Source of the DNA: Candidatus Woesearchaeota archaeon
GTDB taxonomy: Archaea > Nanobdellota > Nanobdellia > Woesearchaeales > ARS49
Assembly: GCA_038891615.1 (NCBI GenBank)
Contig: JAWADY010000003.1
Location: 70,977 to 134,976 of the forward strand
Reading direction: 5' to 3'
Length of the DNA stretch: 64,000 nucleotides
Below the pieces are notes generated by a model. That model was given only the letters and a program-made list of their open reading frames with translations, searched no databases and was not told the origin of the DNA. The translations under genes were made by a program, and so were the position numbers. Of the stretch, positions 41,070 through 51,014 are shown piece after piece (the first letter of the stretch is position 1; each line of letters opens with the position of its first letter).

Positions 41070-42284
41070 ATGATGTTTAAAACGCTTGCAGTTATTTTTG
41101 CTATTGCTACATTAGTCATTGGATTGCCAGCTGTTGTTTTTGCACACGAGGGGGAAAATGATGATAGTTCTGGTCCTGGCGAAGAAATTCGTGTCATAGC
41201 AAAAGAGGAGAGGGTTGTTGCAAGCGCAAGTAGAACAGCTATACAGGCTGCGGTAGCTGAGCGCAAGGAAGCAGAGAAATCCTTTAAAGAAGCCCTTTCT
41301 CTACTCAAAGCAGGCAGGGCAAATACGTCTAAAGAGGCTTTTAAAGAAGCTATAGAAAAGATAAAAGCAGAGCGCGAAGCCTCGAAAGAAAAATTCAAGG
41401 AAGCTATCGAGGCCGCAAAAGCCAAGCGTGCCGAAGCCAGAGAGCTTCTGAAACAGGCAAGGGAGCAAGCAAAGTCTGACTTCGACAGCTCCAAGAGCGC
41501 CCTTGATGAACTTAAAGATGACCTAAAAGGCTGCAGAGGAAATCAGAGCGATGTCTGCAATTTGGTAAGGCAGCATGCAAAAATACAATCAAGAGAGTTT
41601 CTCCTGAGTGCAGCAGACAGGATTGTGATAGCACTCGAGCAGGCAAAGGAACGTGTTGCAGCATCATCAATTCCTGAAGATGAAAAAACTTTGGTGATAA
41701 GCCTTCTTGATGCAAGGATTTCTGTTGTCAAAGAAGCTTCTAAAAAAGCAGAAGCACTCACAGAAAACAGCACACCTGAAGAGGTTCGTGAGGCTGCAAA
41801 AGCAATTCGTGAGGCTGCAAAAGCAGCTTTTGTAAGCCTAAATAGCGGAACAGGCAGGCTAATGAATGAAAAAATTCATGGAGTACTAGTAAGGTCTGAA
41901 CAGCTAAAGCAAAAGCTGGAAGACAGAATATCAAAGCTAAAAGAACGTGGCTTTGATGTTTCTACAATCGAAGACCTTAAGGCAAACTTTGATGCCAAAC
42001 TTGCAGAAGCCCGCACAAACTACGAAAGCGCTGTAGAAAAGCTCAAGAACGCTTTGGTTCCAGGAGCAACAGATGAAACAATGAAGGCGGCAAATGCCGC
42101 ACTTAAGGCTGCCCAAAAGGCGCTTCAAGATGCGCACCAAATTCTAAAAGATATTGTTGCCAAAATAAGAGAAAGAGAGGAGCAAGCGCCACTTAAAGCC
42201 TCACAGAAGGAACTTGAAGATACGAACCAAACTCTAAAACCACGACATGATGTAGCTACCAGCCCAATAAGATCAATGAGATAG
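41070..42284 (+). CDS. Secreted all-helical Ala/Glu/Lys-rich protein
   Basis: SD GGAGGTG; signal peptide; long coiled-coil helices. Confidence 0.75.
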   Translation: MMFKTLAVIFAIATLVIGLPAVVFAHEGENDDSSGPGEEIRVIAKEERVVASASRTAIQAAVAERKEAEKSFKEALSLLKAGRANTSKEAFKEAIEKIKAEREASKEKFKEAIEAAKAKRAEARELLKQAREQAKSDFDSSKSALDELKDDLKGCRGNQSDVCNLVRQHAKIQSREFLLSAADRIVIALEQAKERVAASSIPEDEKTLVISLLDARISVVKEASKKAEALTENSTPEEVREAAKAIREAAKAAFVSLNSGTGRLMNEKIHGVLVRSEQLKQKLEDRISKLKERGFDVSTIEDLKANFDAKLAEARTNYESAVEKLKNALVPGATDETMKAANAALKAAQKALQDAHQILKDIVAKIREREEQAPLKASQKELEDTNQTLKPRHDVATSPIRSMR

Positions 42285-42421
42285 ACAAAGAAGCAAAAAG
42301 CCCAGAGAATAAAACCTGACTAATTTTTATTTTATTTTTTAAGTTGTATAGAAAAAAGTTTATATACAACCTTCATTTTTCCAATAAAAAGTCCTACTTT
42401 AAGAACTATTGAGGTGAGCTA

Positions 42422-42676
42422 ATGAAAAAAGTTGTGTTCGTCTTACTTGTTCTTTTATCTGTGATTTTTTTGGTCATTGCTGGTTGCAAGCCAAAGGTGC
42501 CAACAGCGCCTCTTCCTGCTGCTCAACCTCCAACCCTTGAGCCAACACCTGAAGGTGCCCAAGAGCTTGAACAAGACATAAATGCCATTGCTTCTGTTGA
42601 GCAAGAAATCTCTCCTACTGAGTTAGAAAAGCTCGAACAAGATATTGCCTCGATTGAGCAGTTTGAGACTGGATAA
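42422..42676 (+). CDS. Small lipoprotein
   Basis: SD GAGGTGA; lipobox IAGC; Pro-rich linker; repeated 'LEQDIxxIxxxE'. Confidence 0.7.
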   Translation: MKKVVFVLLVLLSVIFLVIAGCKPKVPTAPLPAAQPPTLEPTPEGAQELEQDINAIASVEQEISPTELEKLEQDIASIEQFETG

Positions 42677-42723
42677 ATGACTTTTAAATCAAGCTTTTAT
42701 TTGCGCTTTGGCTCAACCAGCCT

Positions 42724-43827
42724 ATGCCAAAAATACAAATAGATGGGAGCTATGGCGAAGGCGGTGGTCAAATAGTCAGAACAGCTCTTGCACTTTCTGC
42801 ACTGACCAAAAAACCCTTTGAAGTAACAAACATCAGGAGTGGTAGGAAAGAAAAGGGATTAAAAAGCCAGCATCTTTACGCAATAAGGGCTTTTGAGCAG
42901 CTTTGCAATGCAAAAACAGAAGGCGCATTCCTTGCTTCTCAAAGGCTTTTTTTTGAACCAGGAGAGCTTGTCTCAAAGGATATAAAAATCGACATTGGCA
43001 CAGCTGGTTCTGTAACACTTGTGCTTCAGGCGCTCATGCTTCCATGCCTTTTTACAGAAAAAGCCATAAACATTAAACTAAGAGGCGGCACTGATGTTGC
43101 TTGGAGTCCTTCAAGTGATTATTTTAAGTATGTCGTTTTGCCACAGCTTTGCAGGTTTTCCAAAGAACTCGATATGAAGATTGTAAGAAGAGGCTATTAT
43201 CCAAAAGGTGGTGGGCTTGTTGAATTTTACATAAAACCAAGATGGCATGTTTCTGATTATGATTCTTTTGAAGACTTTCTTACTGAGCTTGCCACTTCCT
43301 GCCCTGCCATAAAGCTCGTTGAACGAGGAGGGCTTAAACGCATTATTGGGCTTTCACATGCTGCAGAAGGACTTGCAAAGGCACGTGTTGCCGAAAGACA
43401 GGCAGAAGCCGCAGCAGCCGTACTAAATCATTGCTTTCAAGGTATTAAAACAGACATAGACATCCAGTATTGCCCTTCAACCTCAATGGGCTCTGGAATA
43501 ACGCTTTGGGCAATCTTTTCAACAAAAGATAAGCAAAACCCAATCTGCCTCGGAGCAGATGCTCTTGGAGAGCGTGGCAAGCGTGCAGAAGCCGTTGGCG
43601 AAGAAGCCGCACAAGCCTTAACGGCTGAAATAAACTCACAAGCTGCTGTTGACAAACATCTTGCTGATACCCTCATTCCTTATATGCCTCTTGTAAGGCC
43701 TAGCAGGATTAAGACTTCACAGCTTACTTCGCATACAATAACCAACATTTATGTCGTAGAGCAATTTCTTGGCAAGGCTTTTGAAATAGATGAAAAGAAT
43801 AAAGAAATATGGACTATGATGCAATAG
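42724..43827 (+). CDS. rtcA: RNA 3'-terminal phosphate cyclase
   Basis: DGSYGEGGGQIVRT, RRGYYPKGGG and DKHLAD motifs. Confidence 0.93.
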   Translation: MPKIQIDGSYGEGGGQIVRTALALSALTKKPFEVTNIRSGRKEKGLKSQHLYAIRAFEQLCNAKTEGAFLASQRLFFEPGELVSKDIKIDIGTAGSVTLVLQALMLPCLFTEKAINIKLRGGTDVAWSPSSDYFKYVVLPQLCRFSKELDMKIVRRGYYPKGGGLVEFYIKPRWHVSDYDSFEDFLTELATSCPAIKLVERGGLKRIIGLSHAAEGLAKARVAERQAEAAAAVLNHCFQGIKTDIDIQYCPSTSMGSGITLWAIFSTKDKQNPICLGADALGERGKRAEAVGEEAAQALTAEINSQAAVDKHLADTLIPYMPLVRPSRIKTSQLTSHTITNIYVVEQFLGKAFEIDEKNKEIWTMMQ

Positions 43828-43903
43828 CTTGGCTGATACCACTTGCAGCGTGAGCTTAGATAAGCCCTTTTTTAAGCAAAAGAACCTTCACGATTTCTGT
43901 GGG

Positions 43904-45850
43904 CTAAGTTAGTTCTGCAAGTTTCAGGTTTGTCCTGAGTTCGGATAGCTCATAGTCCAGCCTCTTTCTTTGGATTCCTTTGGTAGCAGCTTGAATCAGT
44001 TCAAGTTTCTCTATGTTTTTTGAAGCACTTTCAAAGTCCTTTGTCGAGATTAGGTCGCGAGTTTCTTCGACAAGCCTTGTTATCTCTTCCTCACTCACTG
44101 CTGGTGGCAGTGCACCGATTGCAACAGCTGCTTCCATCGCCTTTAACTCAGGCCTTTTGCCTAAAGCCTTGAGCAGCCTTTTTTCTTTCAAAATTTCACG
44201 CTGAAGTTCGTCACGTTCAGCTTTTAGCTTTGAGATATCTTGCTTTAGGGCTTTTATCGCAGCTAGGCGCTCCTGTTGGGCTTCAACCTTCTTTTTCAGA
44301 ACTTCCGCTTTTTTGACAGTTGAGGCTGCAAAGCCTTCCATTCTTTTTACCTCTTTTTCCCGTTCTGCAAGCTTTTTCTCCTCTTTTTTGAAAATCTCTG
44401 TTGCGTGCTCAAGCTCTTTTACCTTTTTGGCAAGCTCATCTTCTTGTTTTTTTAGTTTCGCTCGATCAGATTCAAGCTTTCTGATGGATGTGAGAAGTTC
44501 ATCTTCTTTTTGTGAGAGTATGGCAGCATCTTGCTCGATGATTGCAAGAACTTTTTCTTTTTCGCGTCTTGCTTCTGAACGCAGCTTGCTAATCTCTGCC
44601 TTTCGCTCTTCCCAGGAGCTCAGCAGTTCTGCTAGCTCATTCTTCTTTAACTGGAATTCATTATAAAATGCTTCCTTTTCCTTAAGCAATGTTTCTTCGG
44701 CCTGCTTTAACTGCTCTTCTCGGAGGGCAGCATCCAGTTGTCTATGTACTATTTCCTTTTCTTTTTCATTCAAGCTCTTTTCCTTATCTTCAAGCTTAGC
44801 CTTTAGTCCTAGCAGCTCGGCTTCCTTCTCATCAAGCTGTTTCCGTGCTTTTGCAAGTTCAGCTTCTCTTGAAAGAATTTCCTGCTGTAGCGAATTGAGG
44901 TGTGCAAGCTTTGTCTCCACTTCTGCTATCTTAGCAGCACTTTCCTTTTCAAGCTCATGCCTGCGCCTTTTCAGTTCAGCTGTTAAACTCCTTTGCCTTT
45001 CTGCAAACAGCCTTCTCTTTTCTTCAAGTGCTTTTTCTGCTGCAGCTTTTTCAGCAGCCAGCGCTTGCCTTTTTAACTCAAGTCTTTGCAACATCCGCTT
45101 TTCTTTTTTCTCTAGCTCTTCAATTGCAATTTTTCTTTCTGCGGCAAAGGCATGCTTTTTTAGGTCTAGTCTTTTGAGTGTTTCTTTTTCTTTTTTTGCC
45201 AGTTCCTCTTCAAACGCCTTTCTTTCTGCGGCAAGTTTTTCTTCAAACGCTTTTCTTTCTACAGCAAATGCCTGCCTTTCTAGGTCTAGTCTTTTGAGTG
45301 TTTCTTTTTCTTTTTTTGCCAGCTCTTCTTCAAACGCCTTTCTTTTTGCGGCAAGTTGTTCTTCGAGCTCCTTTTCTTTTACAATAACCTCTTTTTCGAG
45401 CTTTCTTTTGCGCCTTTCTATTTCAGCAGTAAGCAAGCTCACAAGGCGTTTCTTCCTTAGAATGCTCTCCTCCAACTCTTTGTTCTTTTTCGAAAGAAAT
45501 TCAGCATCTTTTATCGCAGCACTCAACCGCTTTTCTGCTTCTGATTTTAGCTGTTCTGCATCCTTGAATAATTGCTCTTTTTTTGCAAGTTCTTTTGCTT
45601 TTTGACTGATTGCCTGCTCAAGACGTTCAAGCTTGGTTGACCATTCCTTTAGCCTTTTAGCCTCTTCTTTGAGCTCCTTTTCCTTTTTTTCTAACTGAAT
45701 TTCTTTGTGGGAAAAAAGTTCGCTCAGTTGCCTTTCCTTTTTTGAAAGCTCAGCATCCCGTTCTGCAAGAACTCGCGCCTTTGCTCTTAACTCCTCATTT
45801 GTCAGTGCTAAAAGATTCAGAGATTTTGGACGAGAGATTTTTATAACCAT
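43904..45850 (-). CDS. Long coiled-coil protein
   Basis: 648 aa of K/E/L/A-rich heptad and hendecad pattern; no ATPase motif. Confidence 0.8.
   Translation of the reverse strand: MVIKISRPKSLNLLALTNEELRAKARVLAERDAELSKKERQLSELFSHKEIQLEKKEKELKEEAKRLKEWSTKLERLEQAISQKAKELAKKEQLFKDAEQLKSEAEKRLSAAIKDAEFLSKKNKELEESILRKKRLVSLLTAEIERRKRKLEKEVIVKEKELEEQLAAKRKAFEEELAKKEKETLKRLDLERQAFAVERKAFEEKLAAERKAFEEELAKKEKETLKRLDLKKHAFAAERKIAIEELEKKEKRMLQRLELKRQALAAEKAAAEKALEEKRRLFAERQRSLTAELKRRRHELEKESAAKIAEVETKLAHLNSLQQEILSREAELAKARKQLDEKEAELLGLKAKLEDKEKSLNEKEKEIVHRQLDAALREEQLKQAEETLLKEKEAFYNEFQLKKNELAELLSSWEERKAEISKLRSEARREKEKVLAIIEQDAAILSQKEDELLTSIRKLESDRAKLKKQEDELAKKVKELEHATEIFKKEEKKLAEREKEVKRMEGFAASTVKKAEVLKKKVEAQQERLAAIKALKQDISKLKAERDELQREILKEKRLLKALGKRPELKAMEAAVAIGALPPAVSEEEITRLVEETRDLISTKDFESASKNIEKLELIQAATKGIQRKRLDYELSELRTNLKLAELT
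45131..45364. repeat. Tandem duplication with 120-bp period inside the coiled-coil gene
   Basis: TAGGTCTAGTCTTTTGAGTG at 45161 and 45281; peptide RKAFEEELAKKEKETLKRLDL occurs twice. Confidence 0.85.
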
Positions 45851-45951
45851 TTTCTAGCAGTAGCCAAAACAATTTATATAACTTTGTTATTCCTCTAAAA
45901 TGAGGAAATCAAGACGCAAGCTTTTTAAACACAACCGTGGGAAAGCCTTCC

Positions 45952-46116
45952 ATGGCATTAACTTGTGTCTCTTGCAAATCTCCAATCGTGAATCAAACAG
46001 GCTCTGTTAGGTTTCTTTGTCCAGCCTGTGGCAAGTACGAGATAATCCGCTGCCGGCACTGCAGAGTGCTTGGGGCAAAATACGGCTGTGTTTGCGGCTT
46101 TGAGGGTCCTAATTAG
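45952..46116 (+). CDS. Zn-ribbon small protein (DUF1610/HVO_2753-like, 54 aa)
   Basis: MALTCVSC…FLCPACG…IIRCRHCR…YGCVCGFEGPN; sits upstream of EF-1beta; absent from the ORF track. Confidence 0.88.
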   Translation: MALTCVSCKSPIVNQTGSVRFLCPACGKYEIIRCRHCRVLGAKYGCVCGFEGPN

Positions 46117-46122
46117 GAAATC

Positions 46123-46398
46123 ATGGGAAGGGTTATAATAACTCTAAAAATAATGCCATCCGACCTTTCTGTCAACCTTGATGAGGTCTCGGCGCAAGCA
46201 GAAAGGATGATAAGTGAATTTGGAGGAGCCGTTGGTAAGCGCGAGATTGAACCCGTTGCTTTTGGTCTTAAAGCCATAAAAATTATTTTTATTCTTGATG
46301 AGAAAGTTGGTGGGACTGATGTGCTTGAGCAGAAAATAAGCTCAATTCCAGGAGTAGAATCTGTTAATGTTGTGGATGTAAGGCGCGCGATTGGATAA
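46123..46398 (+). CDS. ef1b: Elongation factor 1-beta
   Basis: LKIMP and EPVAFGLKA motifs. Confidence 0.92.
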   Translation: MGRVIITLKIMPSDLSVNLDEVSAQAERMISEFGGAVGKREIEPVAFGLKAIKIIFILDEKVGGTDVLEQKISSIPGVESVNVVDVRRAIG

Positions 46399-46404
46399 TG
46401 ACGG

Positions 46405-47541
46405 TCATAGAGATGCAAGGAGGTTTTTGAGTTTGTCAATTGGAATGTTGCTTCTTAAGCCATCCGGACTAAAATGACTTCTTGCAACATCAAAACCAGA
46501 AAGATATATTTTTTCCATTATACGCTGTTGCTTTGGCACTTTTATTCTCATCTTTGAGCAAATTTTGTTGATTGAGTAAAAGGTTGGAACAGACAGCTTG
46601 GCTTCTCCGGCAATAAGAGCCAAAAGCTTTTGAGTCTGAGCGCTTTCATATGTTGTTGAAGCCATTTTTTCTGCGAGCGGAGCCTCCCACAATTGACCAT
46701 CCCACATTGGACCTGCTACTGTCATTTCCTTATGGCAAAACTCACACTTGCCGATATTCTCATCAGCCATTTTTCTGTTCATGCAGCCCTCACAGTAGAG
46801 AAGCAGCTTATGGTTTTTAAGGCTCTTGTCCACCAATCTCTTGCCTTTTGATGCTTTGAGATAAAGCCTCAAATAATGTGCCGTTGAATGACAGAATATG
46901 GGAACAAGAGCCTTTTCATATTGTGCTCCAATTAATTGTGCCTTTCTTGCCAAAATCCTCAAGCCAACCTCGTGCATGAGCTCGTTGTGTAATGGCTTTG
47001 CCCAATATTTTCTAATACAAGCTGTGAAGGCTGTTCCTGCAAGAGCTGCAACATCAGTGGCGGTAATGGCGAGGATGCCATTTCTAGATAGCTTCTTTAT
47101 TGCAGCATCGAGAAATGGGTTCGGGCTTCCAAAGGGATCTATATCTATGTAATCAAAGCCATCGCCTTCAAGCAAAAAGGCGCTTGCATCCATTGAGGTA
47201 AAGCTAACCAAAGACTTTGGAATTTTATTTAGACTAAAATTCCTTTTTGCTAGTTCTGTTGCTTTTTTGTTTGCGTCGTTTACTGCAATGTGCAACACTG
47301 AGCCTTCAAGCTCAAGAGCAAAGCGAACAGCCCTAACGCCTGTTCCTGCAAGCGGGTCCGCGATTTTCAGTTTTTTTCTGCCTAATGCCCTCACCAAAGC
47401 AATTGCAACATCCCTATTCAAGGACATTACAGGGTTGTAAAAGACCTCGAGCTTGCGTCTTGGCACAAGCTGTAAGGCTTCTTTTGGCACAAGAATACGA
47501 GCTTTTCCTTCATACGCTATAACAAATCTACTTTGTGGCAT
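46405..47541 (-). CDS. trm1: tRNA (guanine-26) N2,N2-dimethyltransferase
   Basis: VFYNPVMSLNRD, DIDPFGSP and TATD motifs. Confidence 0.93.
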   Translation of the reverse strand: MPQSRFVIAYEGKARILVPKEALQLVPRRKLEVFYNPVMSLNRDVAIALVRALGRKKLKIADPLAGTGVRAVRFALELEGSVLHIAVNDANKKATELAKRNFSLNKIPKSLVSFTSMDASAFLLEGDGFDYIDIDPFGSPNPFLDAAIKKLSRNGILAITATDVAALAGTAFTACIRKYWAKPLHNELMHEVGLRILARKAQLIGAQYEKALVPIFCHSTAHYLRLYLKASKGKRLVDKSLKNHKLLLYCEGCMNRKMADENIGKCEFCHKEMTVAGPMWDGQLWEAPLAEKMASTTYESAQTQKLLALIAGEAKLSVPTFYSINKICSKMRIKVPKQQRIMEKIYLSGFDVARSHFSPDGLRSNIPIDKLKNLLASL

Positions 47542-47929
47542 GCCTTTTTGCGTGTTTTGCAGCGCAGCTCTCGCTGCAGAAGAAGTAAAGCTCACCTTCT
47601 ATTTCTCGTTCAACAACCTCTCCCCGTTGGCCAAGGGGTTTTCCACAGTGTTCGCAAACACCGCTATGCCCTCTCCCAGATGCGCCTTCTGCAAAAGCCT
47701 CCTCAAATTCAGAGATTTCTTCACCTTCAATCAGCTCTTCTCTCCCTTCTTCTGTGTAAACATCAGGCTGTCTCTCTCCTACATGCATTTCAATTTCAAG
47801 CTCTTCTGGGCTCTCTTCGTGCTCTTCCGGCTCATCGAGCAATGCCTCATGAGAATGACTTTTCCCAGTCTCAATCCCTTCTTTTTGTAGACTGCCCTCA
47901 AAAATGGATTTTTTCTTTCGTGCAGGCAT
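47528..47929 (-). CDS. Acidic protein with C-terminal TRASH/YHS-type metal-binding motif
   Basis: Glu-rich body; CEHCG…YFFCSESC. Confidence 0.65.
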   Translation of the reverse strand: MPARKKKSIFEGSLQKEGIETGKSHSHEALLDEPEEHEESPEELEIEMHVGERQPDVYTEEGREELIEGEEISEFEEAFAEGASGRGHSGVCEHCGKPLGQRGEVVEREIEGELYFFCSESCAAKHAKRHATK

Positions 47930-47964
47930 GGTTAGGCAATCTATGATTACCTTTATAAATCTTG

Positions 47965-49872
47965 TCACATTTCAACGCGAAATTTTGAATTGAAGCTTTG
48001 CTGTTTAAAGAAGGCTTCAATCTCTTTTTCAACATCATTAATATCTTTCACTTCATTCACCAACCAGTCTTTTGGTAGATATCTGCCATACCTATCATTT
48101 CCCCACCGCTCATCTAAGAATATGTGTACAGCATAATCACTCTCACTCCGAATACACCTTCCTACATTCTGCATACTCTTAGTGATTGCTGGGATGATGT
48201 ATCCATATTCATTTCCTTTTTGTAGACTCTTAAATTTTTCTTTATAATATTTAATCAGCTCATTTGTTTTAAGAGAAGGTTTTGCAAGGGGTATGCCAAC
48301 AACAATGGCGCCCTTAAGAGTGCTTGGGAGATCTATTCCCTCGCCAAAGCTTCCAGCAGAATTTGCCAAAAGAATGCCATTGTCATTTCTCACTAGTTCG
48401 TCGAGAATTTTTTCTTTTTTTTCGTAGGGCATGTTTTGTGATTCAACAAATAGTATTTTATCATCAATCTTTTTCTCAAGCAAGCTCTTGACCTGGTTCA
48501 TGACCTCATAGCTTGGGAAAAAAAGGGCAGTATTGCCTGGAATAGCATTGATTATTCTTTTACAGATTTCTGCAATTGCTTCATATTGCTCATTGTTTCG
48601 CTTCTCATAATTTGTGCTGGTTTTCAGAAGAGCAATGTACCTTCTCTTTTCGGGTGGGAAGCTGCTTGGGAATTCGCAAAGCTGAGTGTCTTCAGGAAAT
48701 CCGAAGATTTCCTTGTACATGTATGTTGGCAACAATGTTCCTGACATGAGAATTGTCGAATGGGTTTGTGAAATTATTTCTTTCGTTATTAAACTCGGGT
48801 CTAGGCAGCCATACTCAAGTTCAAAATGAGTTTCTTTTCTAGCTGGTAATTTTGATAGAATGCGATAGTGTCCTTCATCCGGCCCACGCCACGCTTCGAG
48901 GAATCTTCCAACTGCACCAATTGCACTTGTTCTTTTTTTCTTGCGAACATGCTCTCCTATCGATTGCAGATAAATGCATATATTATCATAGCTCATATTG
49001 CCATAGCTTCCTCCCCCTACCAAGTTAACAAACTGTTCTTTTGGTACAATGCTCTCAGGCTCGTCTCCTTTGGCAAGCTGCTTAATGGCCTCGCTTATTT
49101 TATTTATGTAGGGAAGTGCATCGTTAAAGCTTTCTTCTGCTTCATTTGCAGCCCTTTTAAGGATTGTTGAAGAAAGGACATTCCTGGAGAGTGTCCTGAC
49201 CCTTTCTGCAAGATTGTGGCCCTCGTCAATAACAAGCAGTATGTCTTCAAGTTTTTTTCCAGTTTTACTTGTGAAAGCCTCTCTTATCGGTTTGTTGAAT
49301 ATGTAATAATAATCTGCTACTATTACCAAAGATTTTGATGCAAGCTCCATTGCAATCTCATAAGGACAACTTTCAATTGCTTTTCCTTCTTCAACTATCT
49401 CCTGAGCATTGCTTGGAGAAGCCAAAAGTCTTTTTAGAAGAATGTCCTGTTTTGGAGAGCCATCTTTTGCATTTTTATAGAACATACAGGCATCTTCATT
49501 TATTAAAGAACTGCAGAACTCGTAAAACTCTGTAGTTGAGAGTTTTTCTACATCTTGCAAACACATTGTCATTTTACCTCTCAATGGCGCGACTGAAAAA
49601 GCTCTTCCAAATTTTTTGTTTATTTCTTCAACCGTTCGCAAAACAATTTCTTGCTGGGTGTGCCTCGAAGTAAGAAAGACGATTGTCTTGTTGTTCTCAA
49701 GAGCATACCTCAAGCCAGGTGCAAGCACACAAATTGTTTTTCCCAAACCTGTCGGCGCATGAACAATGAGTTTACCTTTTTTTGTGAAAGCATTGTACAC
49801 AGCGTCCATAAATTCTTCTTGGTTAAGCCGTTTTTTTTCATAAGGAAAAAAATACTTTTCCATTTTAGTCAT
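47965..49872 (-). CDS. xpd: XPD/Rad3/DinG-family Fe-S DNA helicase
   Basis: APTGLGKT, four Fe-S Cys, DEGHNL, SGT, GEGID and QNVGRCIR motifs. Confidence 0.88.
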   Translation of the reverse strand: MTKMEKYFFPYEKKRLNQEEFMDAVYNAFTKKGKLIVHAPTGLGKTICVLAPGLRYALENNKTIVFLTSRHTQQEIVLRTVEEINKKFGRAFSVAPLRGKMTMCLQDVEKLSTTEFYEFCSSLINEDACMFYKNAKDGSPKQDILLKRLLASPSNAQEIVEEGKAIESCPYEIAMELASKSLVIVADYYYIFNKPIREAFTSKTGKKLEDILLVIDEGHNLAERVRTLSRNVLSSTILKRAANEAEESFNDALPYINKISEAIKQLAKGDEPESIVPKEQFVNLVGGGSYGNMSYDNICIYLQSIGEHVRKKKRTSAIGAVGRFLEAWRGPDEGHYRILSKLPARKETHFELEYGCLDPSLITKEIISQTHSTILMSGTLLPTYMYKEIFGFPEDTQLCEFPSSFPPEKRRYIALLKTSTNYEKRNNEQYEAIAEICKRIINAIPGNTALFFPSYEVMNQVKSLLEKKIDDKILFVESQNMPYEKKEKILDELVRNDNGILLANSAGSFGEGIDLPSTLKGAIVVGIPLAKPSLKTNELIKYYKEKFKSLQKGNEYGYIIPAITKSMQNVGRCIRSESDYAVHIFLDERWGNDRYGRYLPKDWLVNEVKDINDVEKEIEAFFKQQSFNSKFRVEM

Positions 49873-50096
49873 CAAGCAGCTCATCTACCTTTTGAACATG
49901 CATTTTGAATTGCCAAACTTTATAAAATCTCGCTTTTTATTAGTTGTGCCAAAAGGAAACATATTCAACAAATGTCAAGCACACTCTCATTAAGATAACA
50001 AAGTAGAAATTGAGAATTCCTCTTGAACTACCAATAACGAAAGTTTTAAATATCTCTCACAACATATGGGTTGAAAGACAATAATGGGGTGGTTGT

Positions 50097-50369
50097 GTGA
50101 AAACAAAAGATATTTTTAAGGTTTTTTTGCGCGAAAAACCCGTGATGATGCTCGTTCACCTAAAAAATGCAAAGTCAGAAATTTATGCTTCCTCTCTTGC
50201 AAAACAAATAGATTGCACATATTCGCATGTAGTAAAGATTCTGCAGCAGATGGAAAAAGATAATTTGGTTAATTGTGAAAAGCAAGGAAGGCTAAAGTTA
50301 CTTACTCTAACAAAAAAAGGTGTTGAGCTCGCTAATTACATAGACAATATTCGTGCTCTTCTTGTTTGA
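50097..50369 (+). CDS. Winged-helix transcriptional regulator (MarR-like)
   Basis: YASSLAKQIDCTYSHVVKIL helix-turn-helix; KQGR wing and LTKKG. Confidence 0.8.
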   Translation: MKTKDIFKVFLREKPVMMLVHLKNAKSEIYASSLAKQIDCTYSHVVKILQQMEKDNLVNCEKQGRLKLLTLTKKGVELANYIDNIRALLV

Positions 50370-50371
50370 CC

Positions 50372-50827
50372 CTATTCTGCAAGAAGCGCTATACGCTCCG
50401 CGTCATACTTCCAGTCTGAAGGAAGCTTTCCAATTCTTTTGTAATACTTTGCAAGGCGGAAAATTTTGGATTCTGTCAGCATCAAACCGCGCTTCGCATG
50501 CATGTCATGCTTGTGCTTTTCCAGATGTTTTTTCACCAGAACAGCTTTTTTCATAAGCGCTACAAGGTCGTCTGGAATCTGTGGCGCAAAACCTTTCTCT
50601 TTCAAGAACTCTCCAATCCTCTTACCAGTTACTGCCTTAAAGTCAGGAATTCCATAGCTGTCCCGCAAAATAAGTCCAATTCTTGAAGCATTATTCCCTT
50701 CCTTTGCTAGTTTTGCGGCTATCAGCTCGACTTCTGCAGGCTTAAACCTTAGCCAAACTGGTTTTGTCCTTTTGCCAGGTTTTCTTGAGCCCGATCTACC
50801 GTGGGCCCTTGAATGCATCTTTGCCAT
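50372..50827 (-). CDS. rps15: Ribosomal protein uS15 (S15P/S13e)
   Basis: MAKMHSR, LRDSYGIP and ESKIFRLAKYYK motifs. Confidence 0.95.
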   Translation of the reverse strand: MAKMHSRAHGRSGSRKPGKRTKPVWLRFKPAEVELIAAKLAKEGNNASRIGLILRDSYGIPDFKAVTGKRIGEFLKEKGFAPQIPDDLVALMKKAVLVKKHLEKHKHDMHAKRGLMLTESKIFRLAKYYKRIGKLPSDWKYDAERIALLAE

Positions 50828-50870
50828 TCATACTTCTCCTTTTGCAACTCATAAAATGTTTATGTGTTTG

Positions 50871-50933
50871 ATTCGAGAAGATGAGAATGTCCTCTCCAGC
50901 ATGGTCAAGTGACCACCTGACCATCTCTCGAAT
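50871..50933 (-). promoter_or_regulatory. Putative three-way-junction leader of rps15
   Basis: ATTCGAGA/TCTCGAAT closes ATGGTCAGGTG/CACTTGACCAT and GAGAG/TTCTC; lies between the TATA box and the SD. Confidence 0.55.
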
Positions 50934-51014
50934 TTAAAATTATTCTTTGCTCCTATTTATAAATCTTACGAACGGATTTGTTTGGCGCTTATTTGTCCCA
51001 CCAAAGCGCACTGG

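Noticed and set aside
44895-45605. Long antisense ORFs here and at 59728-61797
   Set aside because: They are shadows of repetitive coding sequence on the opposite strand
43904-45850. SMC/Rad50 ATPase
   Set aside because: No Walker A/B, signature motif, hinge or zinc hook
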